Positions 30,308 to 40,427 of a stretch of DNA of 64,000 bases are shown one piece after another (the stretch's first letter is position 1; every line of letters begins with the position of its first letter). Origin of the DNA: a bacterium (lineage in GTDB: Bacteria > Zhuqueibacterota > Zhuqueibacteria > Oceanimicrobiales > Oceanimicrobiaceae). Position numbers and translations under genes: made by a program. The DNA is taken from NCBI GenBank assembly GCA_037446635.1, contig JBBIIG010000002.1, positions 160,001 through 224,000 on the forward strand, in the 5' to 3' direction. Under the pieces are notes generated by a model that worked only from the letters and a program-made list of their open reading frames with translations, made no database searches and was not told the origin of the DNA.

Positions 30308-31239
30308 AGCAGCGTCCGGTATAAAAAGATGGCCACGTACGCCTGCCACTCGCCCCAGTTTTTTGCCATTTCACGAACTTCTTCCACCGTGGGTTTTTGC
30401 ACCATTTTGAGTTGGCGCTGCAGGGCGTTGTGCAAGCCAATGTCTTCAAACGGAAATGCCGAGCGAAACCCGAGACAGCGCATGAGTACGTAACTGGCCG
30501 TCCACGAACCCACGCCGCGGATTTGCAGCAGCGCCTCGCGGGCGGCGCCGATGCTGTTCAATTCCAGCAAACGCTGTTTGGAAATGTGGCCGTCCCGCAT
30601 CAAGCGCGCGAGGTTGATGATGTAATCGGCTTTTTGCCGATTGAGCTGCAAGCGTAGTAAGTCGGCGGGATTTAAATCAGCAACAACCTCGGGCGTCGGA
30701 AAGAGCCAGTAGATTCCGCCATCGAACGTGAAGGCCTCGCCGAAATTTTCCACCAACCGCTGTTTCAACGTGTAGGCGAACCCAATGTTGATTTGCTGTC
30801 CGAGGATGGCCCAGCACAGCGCTTCGAACAAATCGGGAATTTTGATCAGCCGCAGTCCAAAATGGTTCGTAGTAAGCTGCTTCAGCAGCGCATCTTTGCG
30901 GGCCAAGCGATAGAAGGGCGAAAGGTCAGTATTGAGATCAAGCCAGTCGTTAACAAACTCAATGACCGCTGAGCGGGTTGCAGCCCGAACTGCTCGATTC
31001 ATGAAATTGATTTGCAGAAAGCCGGGCCGGCCGTTTCGCACTTCAAACAAAACCGGCATTCCGTTCACCTTGATAATTTTTCGAACCCCATCGTTTTGGA
31101 CGACGTGCATTCTTTCCTTGTCGGAGCGGGCCAAAAATCTCAGGCATTCGTGAAAACTGAATTCATGGGGGACGGCAAGCGCGGTTTGTGATATGTGCGG
31201 CGTGCGGGTTCGATTCGCAATCTCAGTTTCGCGGAACAT
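30304..31239 (-). CDS. alkA: DNA-3-methyladenine glycosylase II (AlkA family)
   Basis: FEALCWAILGQQI, FPTPE, HhH LLQIRGVGSWTA, FPFED. Confidence 0.88.
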   Translation of the reverse strand: MFRETEIANRTRTPHISQTALAVPHEFSFHECLRFLARSDKERMHVVQNDGVRKIIKVNGMPVLFEVRNGRPGFLQINFMNRAVRAATRSAVIEFVNDWLDLNTDLSPFYRLARKDALLKQLTTNHFGLRLIKIPDLFEALCWAILGQQINIGFAYTLKQRLVENFGEAFTFDGGIYWLFPTPEVVADLNPADLLRLQLNRQKADYIINLARLMRDGHISKQRLLELNSIGAAREALLQIRGVGSWTASYVLMRCLGFRSAFPFEDIGLHNALQRQLKMVQKPTVEEVREMAKNWGEWQAYVAIFLYRTLL

Positions 31240-31244
31240 GGGTT

Positions 31245-31273
31245 AATGTATAAAATTGATCCTTTGAAGTCAA
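31245..31273 (-). promoter_or_regulatory. Sigma70-like promoter giving a probably leaderless alkA mRNA
   Basis: Minus strand: TTGACT-N17-TACATT, 5 nt, then ATG. Confidence 0.6.
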
Positions 31274-31327
31274 ATTCATTCTTTAGTTGAAAAAGTTCTG
31301 CAAAATTGTATATTCAGTTTCAGTCGC

Positions 31328-31482
31328 GGCTGTCCAAAATGCCCATTTGTCGCTGCCGCATGTTTTTAGCGGGAGTCTATTCCGCGAAGCGGATCGGCTT
31401 AGCCGAAAATTGCTGATTCTATGGATGCCCGCTAAAAGCAGGCGGGCATGACGTTCAACAAATACCGACTTTTTGGACAGCC
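31328..31482. mobile_element. MITE/BIME-like element with 12-bp terminal inverted repeats
   Basis: GGCTGTCCAAAA...TTTTGGACAGCC enclosing an inverted REP-like pair (gccgcatgtttttagcggg / cccgctaaaagcaggcgggcatgac); relatives at 32412-32486 and 53985-54081. Confidence 0.6.
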
Positions 31483-31520
31483 CCACCTTTAAGATGCTAA
31501 CACGAAATCTGATGAAGGAA

Positions 31521-32369
31521 ATGTCTATCGCTCCAACTACTGAACAATGGCGCGCACTCACGCCCGTGGAGCGGCTGAATTTTAGAGTGACGAATCGCCT
31601 CAATCGCTCTCCAATTCTGCGCCGCCCCATGACGCGCCTTCACGCAACATTTTATAAATGGTGGGTCGAGTTAGGAACCTCGCGGACTGTTTTGGATCAT
31701 GGGTTCGAGAATTTCCAGAAAATCGATCCCAGTCGCGGCGTCCTGCTGGTGGTCAACCACCGCACGTTTTACGATCAGTTTGTGATTGCGGCGCGGCTGT
31801 TCCGACTTTATGGCGCGCACCATCATATTTACTTTCCAATACGCTCGAACTTTTTTTATGATAACCCGCTCGGCCTTTTCATCAATATCCCGTTTTCGAT
31901 GGGCGTCATGTATCCGCCCATTGTCCGCGATGCCCGTCGCCGCCACTGGAACCAGTACGCCACGGATTTGATGGTGGAACTGCTACGCGATCCGCACAAC
32001 ATGGTTGGGTTTCACCCGGAGGGCACGCGCAATCAGGGTCCGGATCCGTACGAACTGCTGCCGGCCAAACCGGGCTGCGGCGAGTTGATTTATCGCAGCA
32101 ATCCTAACGTGGTGCCGGTTTTTTTGCAGGGATTCAAATCGGCGTGGCAGATGTTCCGTGAGAATCTTGGCAACTCCGTCAATCGCAAACCGCTGGTGCA
32201 CATGGTGATGGGCGAGCCGTTGAATTTCAGAGACGAGTTGAAATTAGAAGCAAGCAAGAAAACTTATCTAAGCATCTCCCGCAAAGTGATGGAGGGCATT
32301 GCCGATCTCAGCCAGCGCGAGCGTGAAATCCGCGCGCAGTATGAAAGAAAAAATTTGGACACGGATTGA
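31521..32369 (+). CDS. Lysophospholipid acyltransferase (PlsC family)
   Basis: NHRTFYD (HX4D), FHPEGTR, VVPV; start could be 31512. Confidence 0.88.
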   Translation: MSIAPTTEQWRALTPVERLNFRVTNRLNRSPILRRPMTRLHATFYKWWVELGTSRTVLDHGFENFQKIDPSRGVLLVVNHRTFYDQFVIAARLFRLYGAHHHIYFPIRSNFFYDNPLGLFINIPFSMGVMYPPIVRDARRRHWNQYATDLMVELLRDPHNMVGFHPEGTRNQGPDPYELLPAKPGCGELIYRSNPNVVPVFLQGFKSAWQMFRENLGNSVNRKPLVHMVMGEPLNFRDELKLEASKKTYLSISRKVMEGIADLSQREREIRAQYERKNLDTD

Positions 32370-32515
32370 CCCCTGATTAACACGGATTGCTGATTTTCGA
32401 TTTTTTGGATCTGGCATCCTGCATGTTTTTGGCGGGAATCCATTTGCGGTACGGATGGATTCCCGACGAAAGCATCCGGGCATGATATCTTCCTGCCACC
32501 CGCCCGACTTTTCAA

Positions 32516-32544
32516 TTGCATTTTCCTCGCTGAGTTGCTATATT
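32516..32544 (+). promoter_or_regulatory. Sigma70-like promoter
   Basis: TTGCAT-N17-TATATT with TG extension. Confidence 0.5.
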
Positions 32545-32711
32545 TTTCAAAATTTTAATTGGTGAAAGTGCATGCAAAGTCGCAGAGTGGCCATTTTGAG
32601 ATTTGAATTTGCAGTGCGGCGTCAATCCAGTTTTTGTTTTTAATTAGGTCGGATCCTTTTTGCAAAAAATGAGAGATGTTCTCTCGAGTTAAAAGGACAA
32701 TGGAGGGCGAT

Positions 32712-33164
32712 ATGAAGACTTGTCCCTACTGTTCTAAGAAAATTGATGATGCCGCCACGGCTTGCGAATATTGCGGCGCAAATCTTGTCAGGCGGTATAG
32801 CAAGGGTGGGCTCGTCGCAACAGGTGTTTTGGCTGTGCTAGGTCTGTTCGTTGTAGTAGGTCCCGGGATTTCTTTTGGCTTTCATGCTGGACATCTCGGG
32901 TATGGATTGGCGCTTGTCGCCTTATTCATACGCTCGTTCAGACTTCCGATGCGTTGGTGGCAGGGTATTCTCATCTGTGCAGGCGGATTTATCATCGGGG
33001 CATCATTTGCGCCAGACCCGCCGGGACCACCCTTAACCAAGAGCGAATCTATTTTAATGTTGCTGCTATCGGTAGGGGCAGGCTTTCTGCTGATATTAAT
33101 TGGTTTCTGGGGCAGTAGGAGGCAAAGACCAGTGCAATCTGCAGATTCTGTTTTAAACTCATAG
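32712..33164 (+). CDS. Zinc-ribbon membrane protein
   Basis: MKTCPYC...CEYCG then about 4 TM helices; GGAGG SD. Confidence 0.75.
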   Translation: MKTCPYCSKKIDDAATACEYCGANLVRRYSKGGLVATGVLAVLGLFVVVGPGISFGFHAGHLGYGLALVALFIRSFRLPMRWWQGILICAGGFIIGASFAPDPPGPPLTKSESILMLLLSVGAGFLLILIGFWGSRRQRPVQSADSVLNS

Positions 33165-33254
33165 CTCGGAATCAATGCCACTGTTGATTACCGCCTATGT
33201 GCCTTGCTCTATGCGCTCTGCGATTCCAATTGAACGAATGTTTGTGAAAGTACC

Positions 33255-34391
33255 ATGAAAGAAGTTATCGAAGAAGCCCTCCGTTTGATGGAAAAGAATG
33301 AGCCGTGTGTGCTGGCAACGGTAGTGCGCACCAAAGGCATGACGCCGCAGAAAGCCGGCGCCAAGTTGCTCATCCGGCAGGACGGCAGCGGGGTGGGTAC
33401 GCTCGGCGGCGGCTGCGTGGAAGGCGACATCTGGTTTTACGCCAAGGAGATGCTGCGCGAAAAGAGCGGCCCGCAATTCCGCGATTATTTTTTGAACGAA
33501 GACATCGTCGCCAAAGACGGGCTGGTGTGCGGCGGCACGATGTATTTTTATGTCGAGCCGCTGTGGCCGAATAGTGAATATTTGTCAGTCGCCAACGAAA
33601 TTGTCAAAGCTTACGCTGGGGCGGCGCCGATCTCGGTAGCCACGATCGTATTTCATCCAACGAACAAGCAGAAAATTGGGACGCGCCTGCTGATTCATGA
33701 AGACGGCTCGGCTTCCGGTTCTCTCGGCAATGAAAAATTGCAGGAGCAAGTGGTGAAAGTCGGCCGCGCCGCGGCCACGTTTGGAAAAAATGAATATGTC
33801 GTCGGCGAGGACGGCTCGGAAGTTTATGTGGAAGGATTCACCACGCCGCCGGCGCTGGCGATCTTGGGCGGCGGTCACGTAGGACGCGCGGTGTACAATT
33901 TAGCCGTGACTCTCGGCTTCCGCATTTACATCGCGGACGACCGGCCGGAATTCTCCAACAAAGAGCGCTTCCCGATGGCCGAGCAGACCGTGGTCGCGGA
34001 TTTCGATAAAGCGTTATCGGGGATGCCGATCAATTTCAACACCTTCATTCTCGTGGCCACCCGCGGCCACCGTTACGATGATCTGGCGACGCTGGCCGCA
34101 GTCAACACGCCGGCGCGGTACATTGGTCTGCTCGGCAGCAAACGCAAAAACCTGATGATCTTCCGCGATCTGCTGAAACAGGGCGTACCCCTTGACCGCA
34201 TCCAGAAAATCAACGCGCCGGTAGGATTGAACATCGGCGCGCTGACGCCGGAGGAACTGGCGGTGAGCATCATGGGCGAAATTATTTTGCACCTCCGCGG
34301 CGGCGATGGCCGTCCTATGAAAATGACGAGCGAGAATTTGCTGGAGTTGATCGAAAAGGTACCGGAGCCCAAGCGGGTGTTGCCGTTTTGA
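33255..34391 (+). CDS. XdhC/CoxI family Mo-cofactor insertion chaperone
   Basis: GTLGGGCVE, GLVCGG, GGGHVG, DDRPEF, TRGH, YIGLLGSKRK, APVGLNIGA.TPEE. Confidence 0.92.
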   Translation: MKEVIEEALRLMEKNEPCVLATVVRTKGMTPQKAGAKLLIRQDGSGVGTLGGGCVEGDIWFYAKEMLREKSGPQFRDYFLNEDIVAKDGLVCGGTMYFYVEPLWPNSEYLSVANEIVKAYAGAAPISVATIVFHPTNKQKIGTRLLIHEDGSASGSLGNEKLQEQVVKVGRAAATFGKNEYVVGEDGSEVYVEGFTTPPALAILGGGHVGRAVYNLAVTLGFRIYIADDRPEFSNKERFPMAEQTVVADFDKALSGMPINFNTFILVATRGHRYDDLATLAAVNTPARYIGLLGSKRKNLMIFRDLLKQGVPLDRIQKINAPVGLNIGALTPEELAVSIMGEIILHLRGGDGRPMKMTSENLLELIEKVPEPKRVLPF

Positions 34392-34470
34392 AATGATTAT
34401 TGTCTATTGATTATTGAAAAAATTAGACAATAGACAATAATCAATCATCAATTGTTTTGAACCAGATGAG

Positions 34471-35007
34471 ATGAAAAACCAAAATAAACTTTTTCTAATC
34501 CTCATTGTCATTGCTACCTCTGTGGGCTGCGATCAACTGAGTAAAGACATCGCCAAAGAAACCCTCAAGTACGCGCCGCCCAAAAGTTATTTGGGTAACA
34601 CCTTTCGTTTGCAATACGCCGAGAACAGCGGCGCCTTTTTGAGTTTGGGATCGAGATTGTCGGAAACGACTCGCACTTACCTTTTCACGTTTGTGAGCGG
34701 CGGGCTGCTCTTCGGTTTGTTGATCTACTTGCTGGCCAATCGCCAATTTAGCCGCCGGCAGGTGATGGCGCTGTCGCTAATTTTAGGCGGCGGCTGCGGT
34801 AACCTCATCGACCGCATTTTTAACGATGGCCACGTGGTCGATTTCATGAACATGGGCATCGGTAGTTTGCGTACCGGCATCTTTAACGTGGCCGATGTGT
34901 TGATCATGACCGGTATGGGATTGGTAATCCTATTCAGTTATCTCGAACGACCCAAATCCCCGATTGACAATCTGGATCAAAACGGAGGTGAAAAAAATCC
35001 CCGTTGA
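34471..35007 (+). CDS. lspA: Lipoprotein signal peptidase II
   Basis: DQLSK, NSGAFLSL, GNLIDR, VVDF, FNVAD. Confidence 0.95.
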   Translation: MKNQNKLFLILIVIATSVGCDQLSKDIAKETLKYAPPKSYLGNTFRLQYAENSGAFLSLGSRLSETTRTYLFTFVSGGLLFGLLIYLLANRQFSRRQVMALSLILGGGCGNLIDRIFNDGHVVDFMNMGIGSLRTGIFNVADVLIMTGMGLVILFSYLERPKSPIDNLDQNGGEKNPR

Positions 35008-35115
35008 CAAATTTCAGATCTCAAAATAATAACCAATTTCCAAATCCGAAAATTTGGAAAGGGACTGATGGGGTGTTTGGACATTGGAATTTATTTGTAA
35101 TTTGGAGTTTGTTTT

Positions 35116-36372
35116 TTGGGATTTTCTAACTCAAGTTGGAAGAACTACCTGACGGCTCTCGGTCCTGGCATCGCCATCGCCGCCACGGGCGTCGGCGCCG
35201 GTGATTTGGTGGCGGCGGCGGTTTCCGGTTCGCGCTACGGCTTTGCGGTGGTCTGGGCCGCGGCCGTGGGCGCGATCATTAAATTTGTACTCAATGAAGG
35301 TTTAGCGCGCTGGCAGTTGGCCACCGGCGCCACGCTGCTGGAGGGCTGGGTGCAGCGGTTGGGAAGATGGGCGCAGTATTATTTTATCGTCTATTTAGTT
35401 TTGTGGTCGTTCATCGTGGGCGGGGCGCTCATTTCCGCCTGCGGACTGGCGGCGCACGCCATCGTGCCCGGGCTGTCGGTCGGCGTTTGGGGAGTGATTC
35501 ATTCGCTGGTTGGCGCGGCGGTTGTTCTGATTGGCCGCTATCATCATTTTGAAAAAATGATGAAGCTCTTCATTGGCGTCATGTTCGTCACCATTTTGGG
35601 GTGCGCGATCTGGGTGGGATCGCCGGCGCAAACGGCGACGAAAAGTATTTCCGAGGCGAGCTTGCCCGCGGGCAGCGCGAGGTTCATCCTTGGCGTGATT
35701 GGTGGCGTCGGCGGCAGTTTGACGCTGCTGGCTTACGGCTACTGGATGCGCGAGCGCAACTGGCAGGGCGGAAGCTGGAAAAACGTCGTGCGGTTCGACT
35801 TGTTGGTTTCGTATTTTCTCACCGGCTTGTTCGCGGTGGCGGTGATGATTCTGTCGGCGAGCATTCTTCACGCCGATGGCGTCGCCGTCAGCGGCAGCCG
35901 CGGCGTCATTCAAATGGCGGCGATTTTATCGGGCGTGATTGGCGAGGTAGGCCACTGGGCGTTTCTGATTGGATTCTGGGGCGCAGTGTTTACGTCGCTG
36001 TTGGGCGTGTGGCAGGGCGTACCGTACATGTTTTGCGATTTCATCGGTTTGATGAAACGGCTGCCGGCGGAGCAGCATCAACAGTTGCTCCACACCCGTT
36101 CGATTTGGTACCGCGGCTACCTGCTCTATTTATCCGTGCCGCCGCTGATCTTGCTGCTGATGGATCGGCCGTTGGGCGTGATTGTTCTTTACACCGTCGT
36201 CGGCGCGCTATTCATGCCGTTTTTGGCAGGCACGCTGCTCTACATGAATTCGCGAAAGGATTGGGTTGGGCCGGAATTTCGCAACGGCAGGCTCACAATA
36301 ACGCTCCTCGTTCTCACGCTGATTCTATTTTTGTATTTGGCTTTTGATGAAATCCGCAGCGCGCTCCTGTAA
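35116..36372 (+). CDS. Nramp-related membrane transporter
   Basis: LGPGIAIAATGVGAGDL, about 11 TM helices; lacks the canonical DPGN. Confidence 0.75.
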   Translation: MGFSNSSWKNYLTALGPGIAIAATGVGAGDLVAAAVSGSRYGFAVVWAAAVGAIIKFVLNEGLARWQLATGATLLEGWVQRLGRWAQYYFIVYLVLWSFIVGGALISACGLAAHAIVPGLSVGVWGVIHSLVGAAVVLIGRYHHFEKMMKLFIGVMFVTILGCAIWVGSPAQTATKSISEASLPAGSARFILGVIGGVGGSLTLLAYGYWMRERNWQGGSWKNVVRFDLLVSYFLTGLFAVAVMILSASILHADGVAVSGSRGVIQMAAILSGVIGEVGHWAFLIGFWGAVFTSLLGVWQGVPYMFCDFIGLMKRLPAEQHQQLLHTRSIWYRGYLLYLSVPPLILLLMDRPLGVIVLYTVVGALFMPFLAGTLLYMNSRKDWVGPEFRNGRLTITLLVLTLILFLYLAFDEIRSALL

Positions 36373-36544
36373 GATAATCCTCCCAGTCGTTAAACCAGTC
36401 AAAAAATTTCTGCGGATTTAAATGGCTTTCGTCTCGATGATTACGGTCAATCACTTCAAACTTCCAAAAAATATTTTCATAATGGTGGATTTTTCCTTAT
36501 ATTGCTGCGCTTGAAAAATCGCAAATCAAAGGAGCGATAAACCT

Positions 36545-38992
36545 ATGGTTGTTGCGAATAAAAAAGCGACAAACACAAAATCAGCCGCCAAGAAAAAAAA
36601 CATCAAGTTGAAAAACATCTCGCTGACTCCGGAACAGATCATCCGCGATTACCGGCTGGCATTTCAAAGCCGCGAAGCGAGTTTGATGGGCCGCCGCGAA
36701 GTGATGGGCGGCAAAGCCAAATTCGGCATCTTCGGCGACGGTAAAGAAGTGGCGCAGCTCGCCATGGCCAAAGCCTTTCGCAAAGGCGATTGGCGCTCCG
36801 GTTACTATCGCGATCAAACCCTCATGTTTGCGCTAGGGATGAGCAACCTGCACGAGTTTTTTGCGCAGCTCTACGCCCACGCCGACGTCCACGCCGACCC
36901 GGCCACCGCCGGCCGCGCCATGAACGCCCACTTCGCCACCCGCTGCCTCAACACCGACGGCGAGTGGCGCAATTTAGCAGAACGGTTCAATTCCTCGGCG
37001 GACGTCTCCCCCACCGGCTCGCAAATGCCGCGGTTGGTGGGACTGGGTTACGCTTCCCGCCTCTTTCGCGAGCTTAAAGAATTGCACGCCTTCACCCAGT
37101 TTTCGAAAAAGGGCGCCGAGATCGCCTTCGGCACCATTGGCAACGCCACCTGCGCCGAGGGCATGTTCTGGGAATCCCTCAACGCCATCGGCGTGTTGAA
37201 CGCGCCCGTGCTGCTTTCCATTTGGGATGACCACTACGGCATTTCCGTTCCCAACGAGCATCAAGTGGCCAAAAACATCTCCGAGCTGCTCGCAGGCTTT
37301 CAAAAAAATTCCAACAGTAACGGCTTCGAAATTTTTGCCGCCAAAGGTTGGGACTATCCCGAATTGGTGGCGACCTATCTCGAAGCAGAGCAGATCACCC
37401 GCAACCAGCACATCCCCACCATCATCCACGTGGTGGAATTGACGCAGCCACAGGGGCATTCCACCTCCGGCAGCCACGAGCGCTACAAGCCCGAAGATCG
37501 CTTGCGCTGGGAGATGGAATTCGACTGCATCAAAAAAATGCGCGAGTGGATGCTTGCCGAAGGTCTCGTTTCCGCCGACGAATTGGATCGAATGGAAGAA
37601 GAGGATGCGGGGCTCGTCCGCAAAGTGCGCGACGAAGCCTGGGAAGCCTACCAGTCCCCCATTCGTCACGAAATGAACCAGGTCGTTGAAATCATCAATG
37701 AACTGACAAACGAGTCGCGCCATTCCGAACGGCTAACTGGAATAAAAAACCGGCTGCAGAGCAAGCCCTATCCCCAGCGCCGCGATCTTCTGGCTGCGGT
37801 TCGCGAAACGCTGGTGGCGCTGCGCGATGAAAGCTCGCCCGGCAAACAGAAATTAATCGATTGGAAAAAACAACAGGAGAAAATCAATACCGAACGTTAC
37901 GGCTCGCATCTGTACAGCCAGTCGAAAGAATCGGCCCTCAAAGTAGAAGAAATTAAGCCGGTTTATTCTGAGCATTCGCCCATCGTCAATGGCTTCGAGG
38001 TGCTGAACGCCTGCTTCGACGCGGCGTTGGCGCGCGAACCGCGGCTGATCGCGTTTGGCGAAGACATGGGACGGCTCGGCGACGTGAACCAGGGATTCAA
38101 AGGGCTGCAGGAAAAATACGGCGCGCTGCGAGTCTCCGACACCGGCATCCGCGAGTGCACCATCATTGGCCAGGCGATTGGCATGGCGATGCGGGGGCTG
38201 CGGCCGTTGGCGGAAATTCAGTATCTCGATTACGTTCTCTACGCCCTGCAAATTATGTCCGATGATCTCGCCACGCTGCACTGGCGCACCGCCGGCGGAC
38301 AAAAGGCGCCGGTGATCATCCGCACCCGCGGCCATCGGCTGGAGGGCATTTGGCACGCCGGCTCGCCGATGGCTGGCATCATCCACCTCTGCCGCGGCAT
38401 TCACGTGTGCGTGCCGCGCGACATGACGCGCGCGGCCGGGTTTTACAACACCCTGCTGCGCTCCGACGAACCGGGATTGGTGGTCGAAGTGTTGAACGGT
38501 TATCGTCAAAAGGAACGCATTCCGGACAACATTGCGGAATTCACGGTGCCGCTGGGTGTGCCCGAAGTGTTGAAAGAGGGAACGGATGTCACCATCGTCA
38601 CCTACGGCGCCTGCTGCCGCATCGTGATGGAGGCGGCGGGGCTGCTTCAGCAAACCGGTGTGCATGCCGAAGTGATCGATGTGCAGACGCTGCTGCCGTT
38701 TGATCTTCACGGCAACATTTTGGACTCGCTGAAAAAGACCAGTCGCATCGTTTTTGTTGATGAAGACGTGCCCGGCGGCGCCACGGCCTACATGCTGCAG
38801 GAAGTCATCGAGAAGCAGGGCGGCTACCATTTTCTTGATTCCGCGCCGCGGACGATTTCCGCAAAAGCGCATCGCCCGGCGTATGGCTCAGATGGCGATT
38901 ATTTCTCGAAGCCCAACCTCGAGCAAATTTTCGAGACCGTGTATGAGATAATGCATGAAAGCAATCCACAGAAGTACCCGAAAATTTCGTAA
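36545..38992 (+). CDS. 2-oxoacid (branched-chain-like) dehydrogenase E1, fused alpha/beta
   Basis: GKAKFGIFGDGKE, GYYRDQ, GHSTSGSH, DTGIRE, AEIQYLDY, DEDVPGG, RPAYGSDGDY. Confidence 0.92.
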   Translation: MVVANKKATNTKSAAKKKNIKLKNISLTPEQIIRDYRLAFQSREASLMGRREVMGGKAKFGIFGDGKEVAQLAMAKAFRKGDWRSGYYRDQTLMFALGMSNLHEFFAQLYAHADVHADPATAGRAMNAHFATRCLNTDGEWRNLAERFNSSADVSPTGSQMPRLVGLGYASRLFRELKELHAFTQFSKKGAEIAFGTIGNATCAEGMFWESLNAIGVLNAPVLLSIWDDHYGISVPNEHQVAKNISELLAGFQKNSNSNGFEIFAAKGWDYPELVATYLEAEQITRNQHIPTIIHVVELTQPQGHSTSGSHERYKPEDRLRWEMEFDCIKKMREWMLAEGLVSADELDRMEEEDAGLVRKVRDEAWEAYQSPIRHEMNQVVEIINELTNESRHSERLTGIKNRLQSKPYPQRRDLLAAVRETLVALRDESSPGKQKLIDWKKQQEKINTERYGSHLYSQSKESALKVEEIKPVYSEHSPIVNGFEVLNACFDAALAREPRLIAFGEDMGRLGDVNQGFKGLQEKYGALRVSDTGIRECTIIGQAIGMAMRGLRPLAEIQYLDYVLYALQIMSDDLATLHWRTAGGQKAPVIIRTRGHRLEGIWHAGSPMAGIIHLCRGIHVCVPRDMTRAAGFYNTLLRSDEPGLVVEVLNGYRQKERIPDNIAEFTVPLGVPEVLKEGTDVTIVTYGACCRIVMEAAGLLQQTGVHAEVIDVQTLLPFDLHGNILDSLKKTSRIVFVDEDVPGGATAYMLQEVIEKQGGYHFLDSAPRTISAKAHRPAYGSDGDYFSKPNLEQIFETVYEIMHESNPQKYPKIS

Positions 38993-39008
38993 CACCACAT
39001 TCATTCAC

Positions 39009-39034
39009 GTGACACAACATTAATGTTATGTCAC
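39009..39034. promoter_or_regulatory. 26-bp near-perfect palindrome upstream of dedA
   Basis: GTGACACAACATT|AATGTTATGTCAC, one mismatched pair. Confidence 0.45.
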
Positions 39035-39051
39035 ACTAAATCGGAGAACAC

Positions 39052-39726
39052 ATGGAAGTCATTCAACATCTGATTGATCTATTTCTTCACCTCGACAAGC
39101 ATCTCAGCGAGATCATCACCGAGTACGGCACCTGGACGTATCTCATTTTGTTTCTGATCATCTTCTGCGAAACCGCCTTCGTGGTTACGCCTTTTCTTCC
39201 TGGCGATTCGTTATTGTTCGCGGCGGGAACGTTTGCGGCGCTGGGTGCCCTCGATCCCGTGTGGTTGTGCGTTTTGTTGATCATCGCTGCCGTTGCGGGC
39301 GATGCCGTCAACTATTCAATCGGGCATTTCATCGGGCCGCGCGCGTTCACCAGCAACAGCCGTTTTCTGAAAAAGGAGCACCTGCAGCGCACCCACGAGT
39401 TTTATGAAAAACACGGCGGCAAAACCATCATCATCGCGCGCTTCATTCCCATCATCCGCACCTTTGCGCCGTTTGTCGCTGGCATCGGGGAGATGACCTA
39501 TCGCAAATTTGCAACCTTTAACGTCGTGGGCGGCGTGGTGTGGGTGATTTCGTTTGTTCTGGCCGGTTACTACTTCGGCAATTTGCCGGCGGTGAAAGAG
39601 AACTTCACGTTTGTGATCGTGGCGATTATCATTATCTCGACTTTACCGGGCGTGGTGGAGTTTGTGCGGGCAAAAATGAAATCGCGCAAACAAAAAGCGG
39701 CAGCGGGCGCGGTGTTGGAGAAGTGA
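39052..39726 (+). CDS. dedA: DedA family membrane protein
   Basis: FLPGDSLLFAAG, HGGKTIIIARFIPIIRTFAPFVAG. Confidence 0.95.
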   Translation: MEVIQHLIDLFLHLDKHLSEIITEYGTWTYLILFLIIFCETAFVVTPFLPGDSLLFAAGTFAALGALDPVWLCVLLIIAAVAGDAVNYSIGHFIGPRAFTSNSRFLKKEHLQRTHEFYEKHGGKTIIIARFIPIIRTFAPFVAGIGEMTYRKFATFNVVGGVVWVISFVLAGYYFGNLPAVKENFTFVIVAIIIISTLPGVVEFVRAKMKSRKQKAAAGAVLEK

Positions 39727-39803
39727 ATTTTATCAAGCAGAATATCTTAATGGATCACGCGGCGGAAATGCTTAAAGCAAAGTAGCCGCCGAAGGATATC
39801 CGA

Positions 39804-39925
39804 ATGGGGATGCATTTATCCCTTCAACGTCTTCGCGAGGCTGTGAAAGTTGGATTAATGAAATAGCCCGCGGTGAAGTCATCGAGTTTGATTTAGAGGA
39901 CATTCTCAATACAGAAGCGTCGTAA
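39804..39925 (+). pseudogene. Remnant resembling the C-terminus of a ParD-type antitoxin
   Basis: LQRLREAVKVG, then after a 1-nt shift near 39853 NEIARGEVIEFDLEDILNTEAS*. Confidence 0.4.
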
Positions 39926-39976
39926 CCGAAAGTCGTTTTAACTTTAACGAACAAAACTTCGACAAACCCACTTAAC

Positions 39977-40402
39977 ATGATCTCCGTCACCGACAACCTC
40001 GTCCTCTCCGACTCCGAAATCCACATCGACTACATCCGCTCGGCCGGGCCGGGCGGGCAGAACGTCAACAAAGTGGCGACCGCGGCGCAACTACGATTCG
40101 ATGTTGCAAACTCGCCGTCTTTGCCCGAAGAGATCCGCCAGCGACTTATTCGACTTGCTGGCAAAAAAATCACCGGCGCCGGCGTGCTCATCATCACCGC
40201 GCGGCGTTTTCGCTCGCAAGAACAAAATCGCCAGGACGCCATCGACCGGCTGGCGGCGCTCATTCGTCAAGCCGCGGAGCGCCCCAAGCCGCGGCTGAAA
40301 ACTAAACCCAGCGTCGCGGTCAAGCAACGCCGCCTTGAAGCCAAACGGCAGCGGAGCCGGATCAAACAGCGTCGTCAATTCAAACCTGTGGCGGAGGAGT
40401 AG
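39977..40402 (+). CDS. arfB: Alternative ribosome rescue peptidyl-tRNA hydrolase
   Basis: RSAGPGGQNVNKV, RSQEQNR, basic C-terminal tail. Confidence 0.96.
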   Translation: MISVTDNLVLSDSEIHIDYIRSAGPGGQNVNKVATAAQLRFDVANSPSLPEEIRQRLIRLAGKKITGAGVLIITARRFRSQEQNRQDAIDRLAALIRQAAERPKPRLKTKPSVAVKQRRLEAKRQRSRIKQRRQFKPVAEE

Positions 40403-40427
40403 TCTGCGTTTCATGTTTACGGTTGGG

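Noticed and set aside
32560..32625. c-di-GMP-I riboswitch-like stretch (GAAA...GCAAAG)
   Set aside because: No paired stem around the GAAA and no GGCAAA 5' element; only one 6-bp pairing could be drawn.
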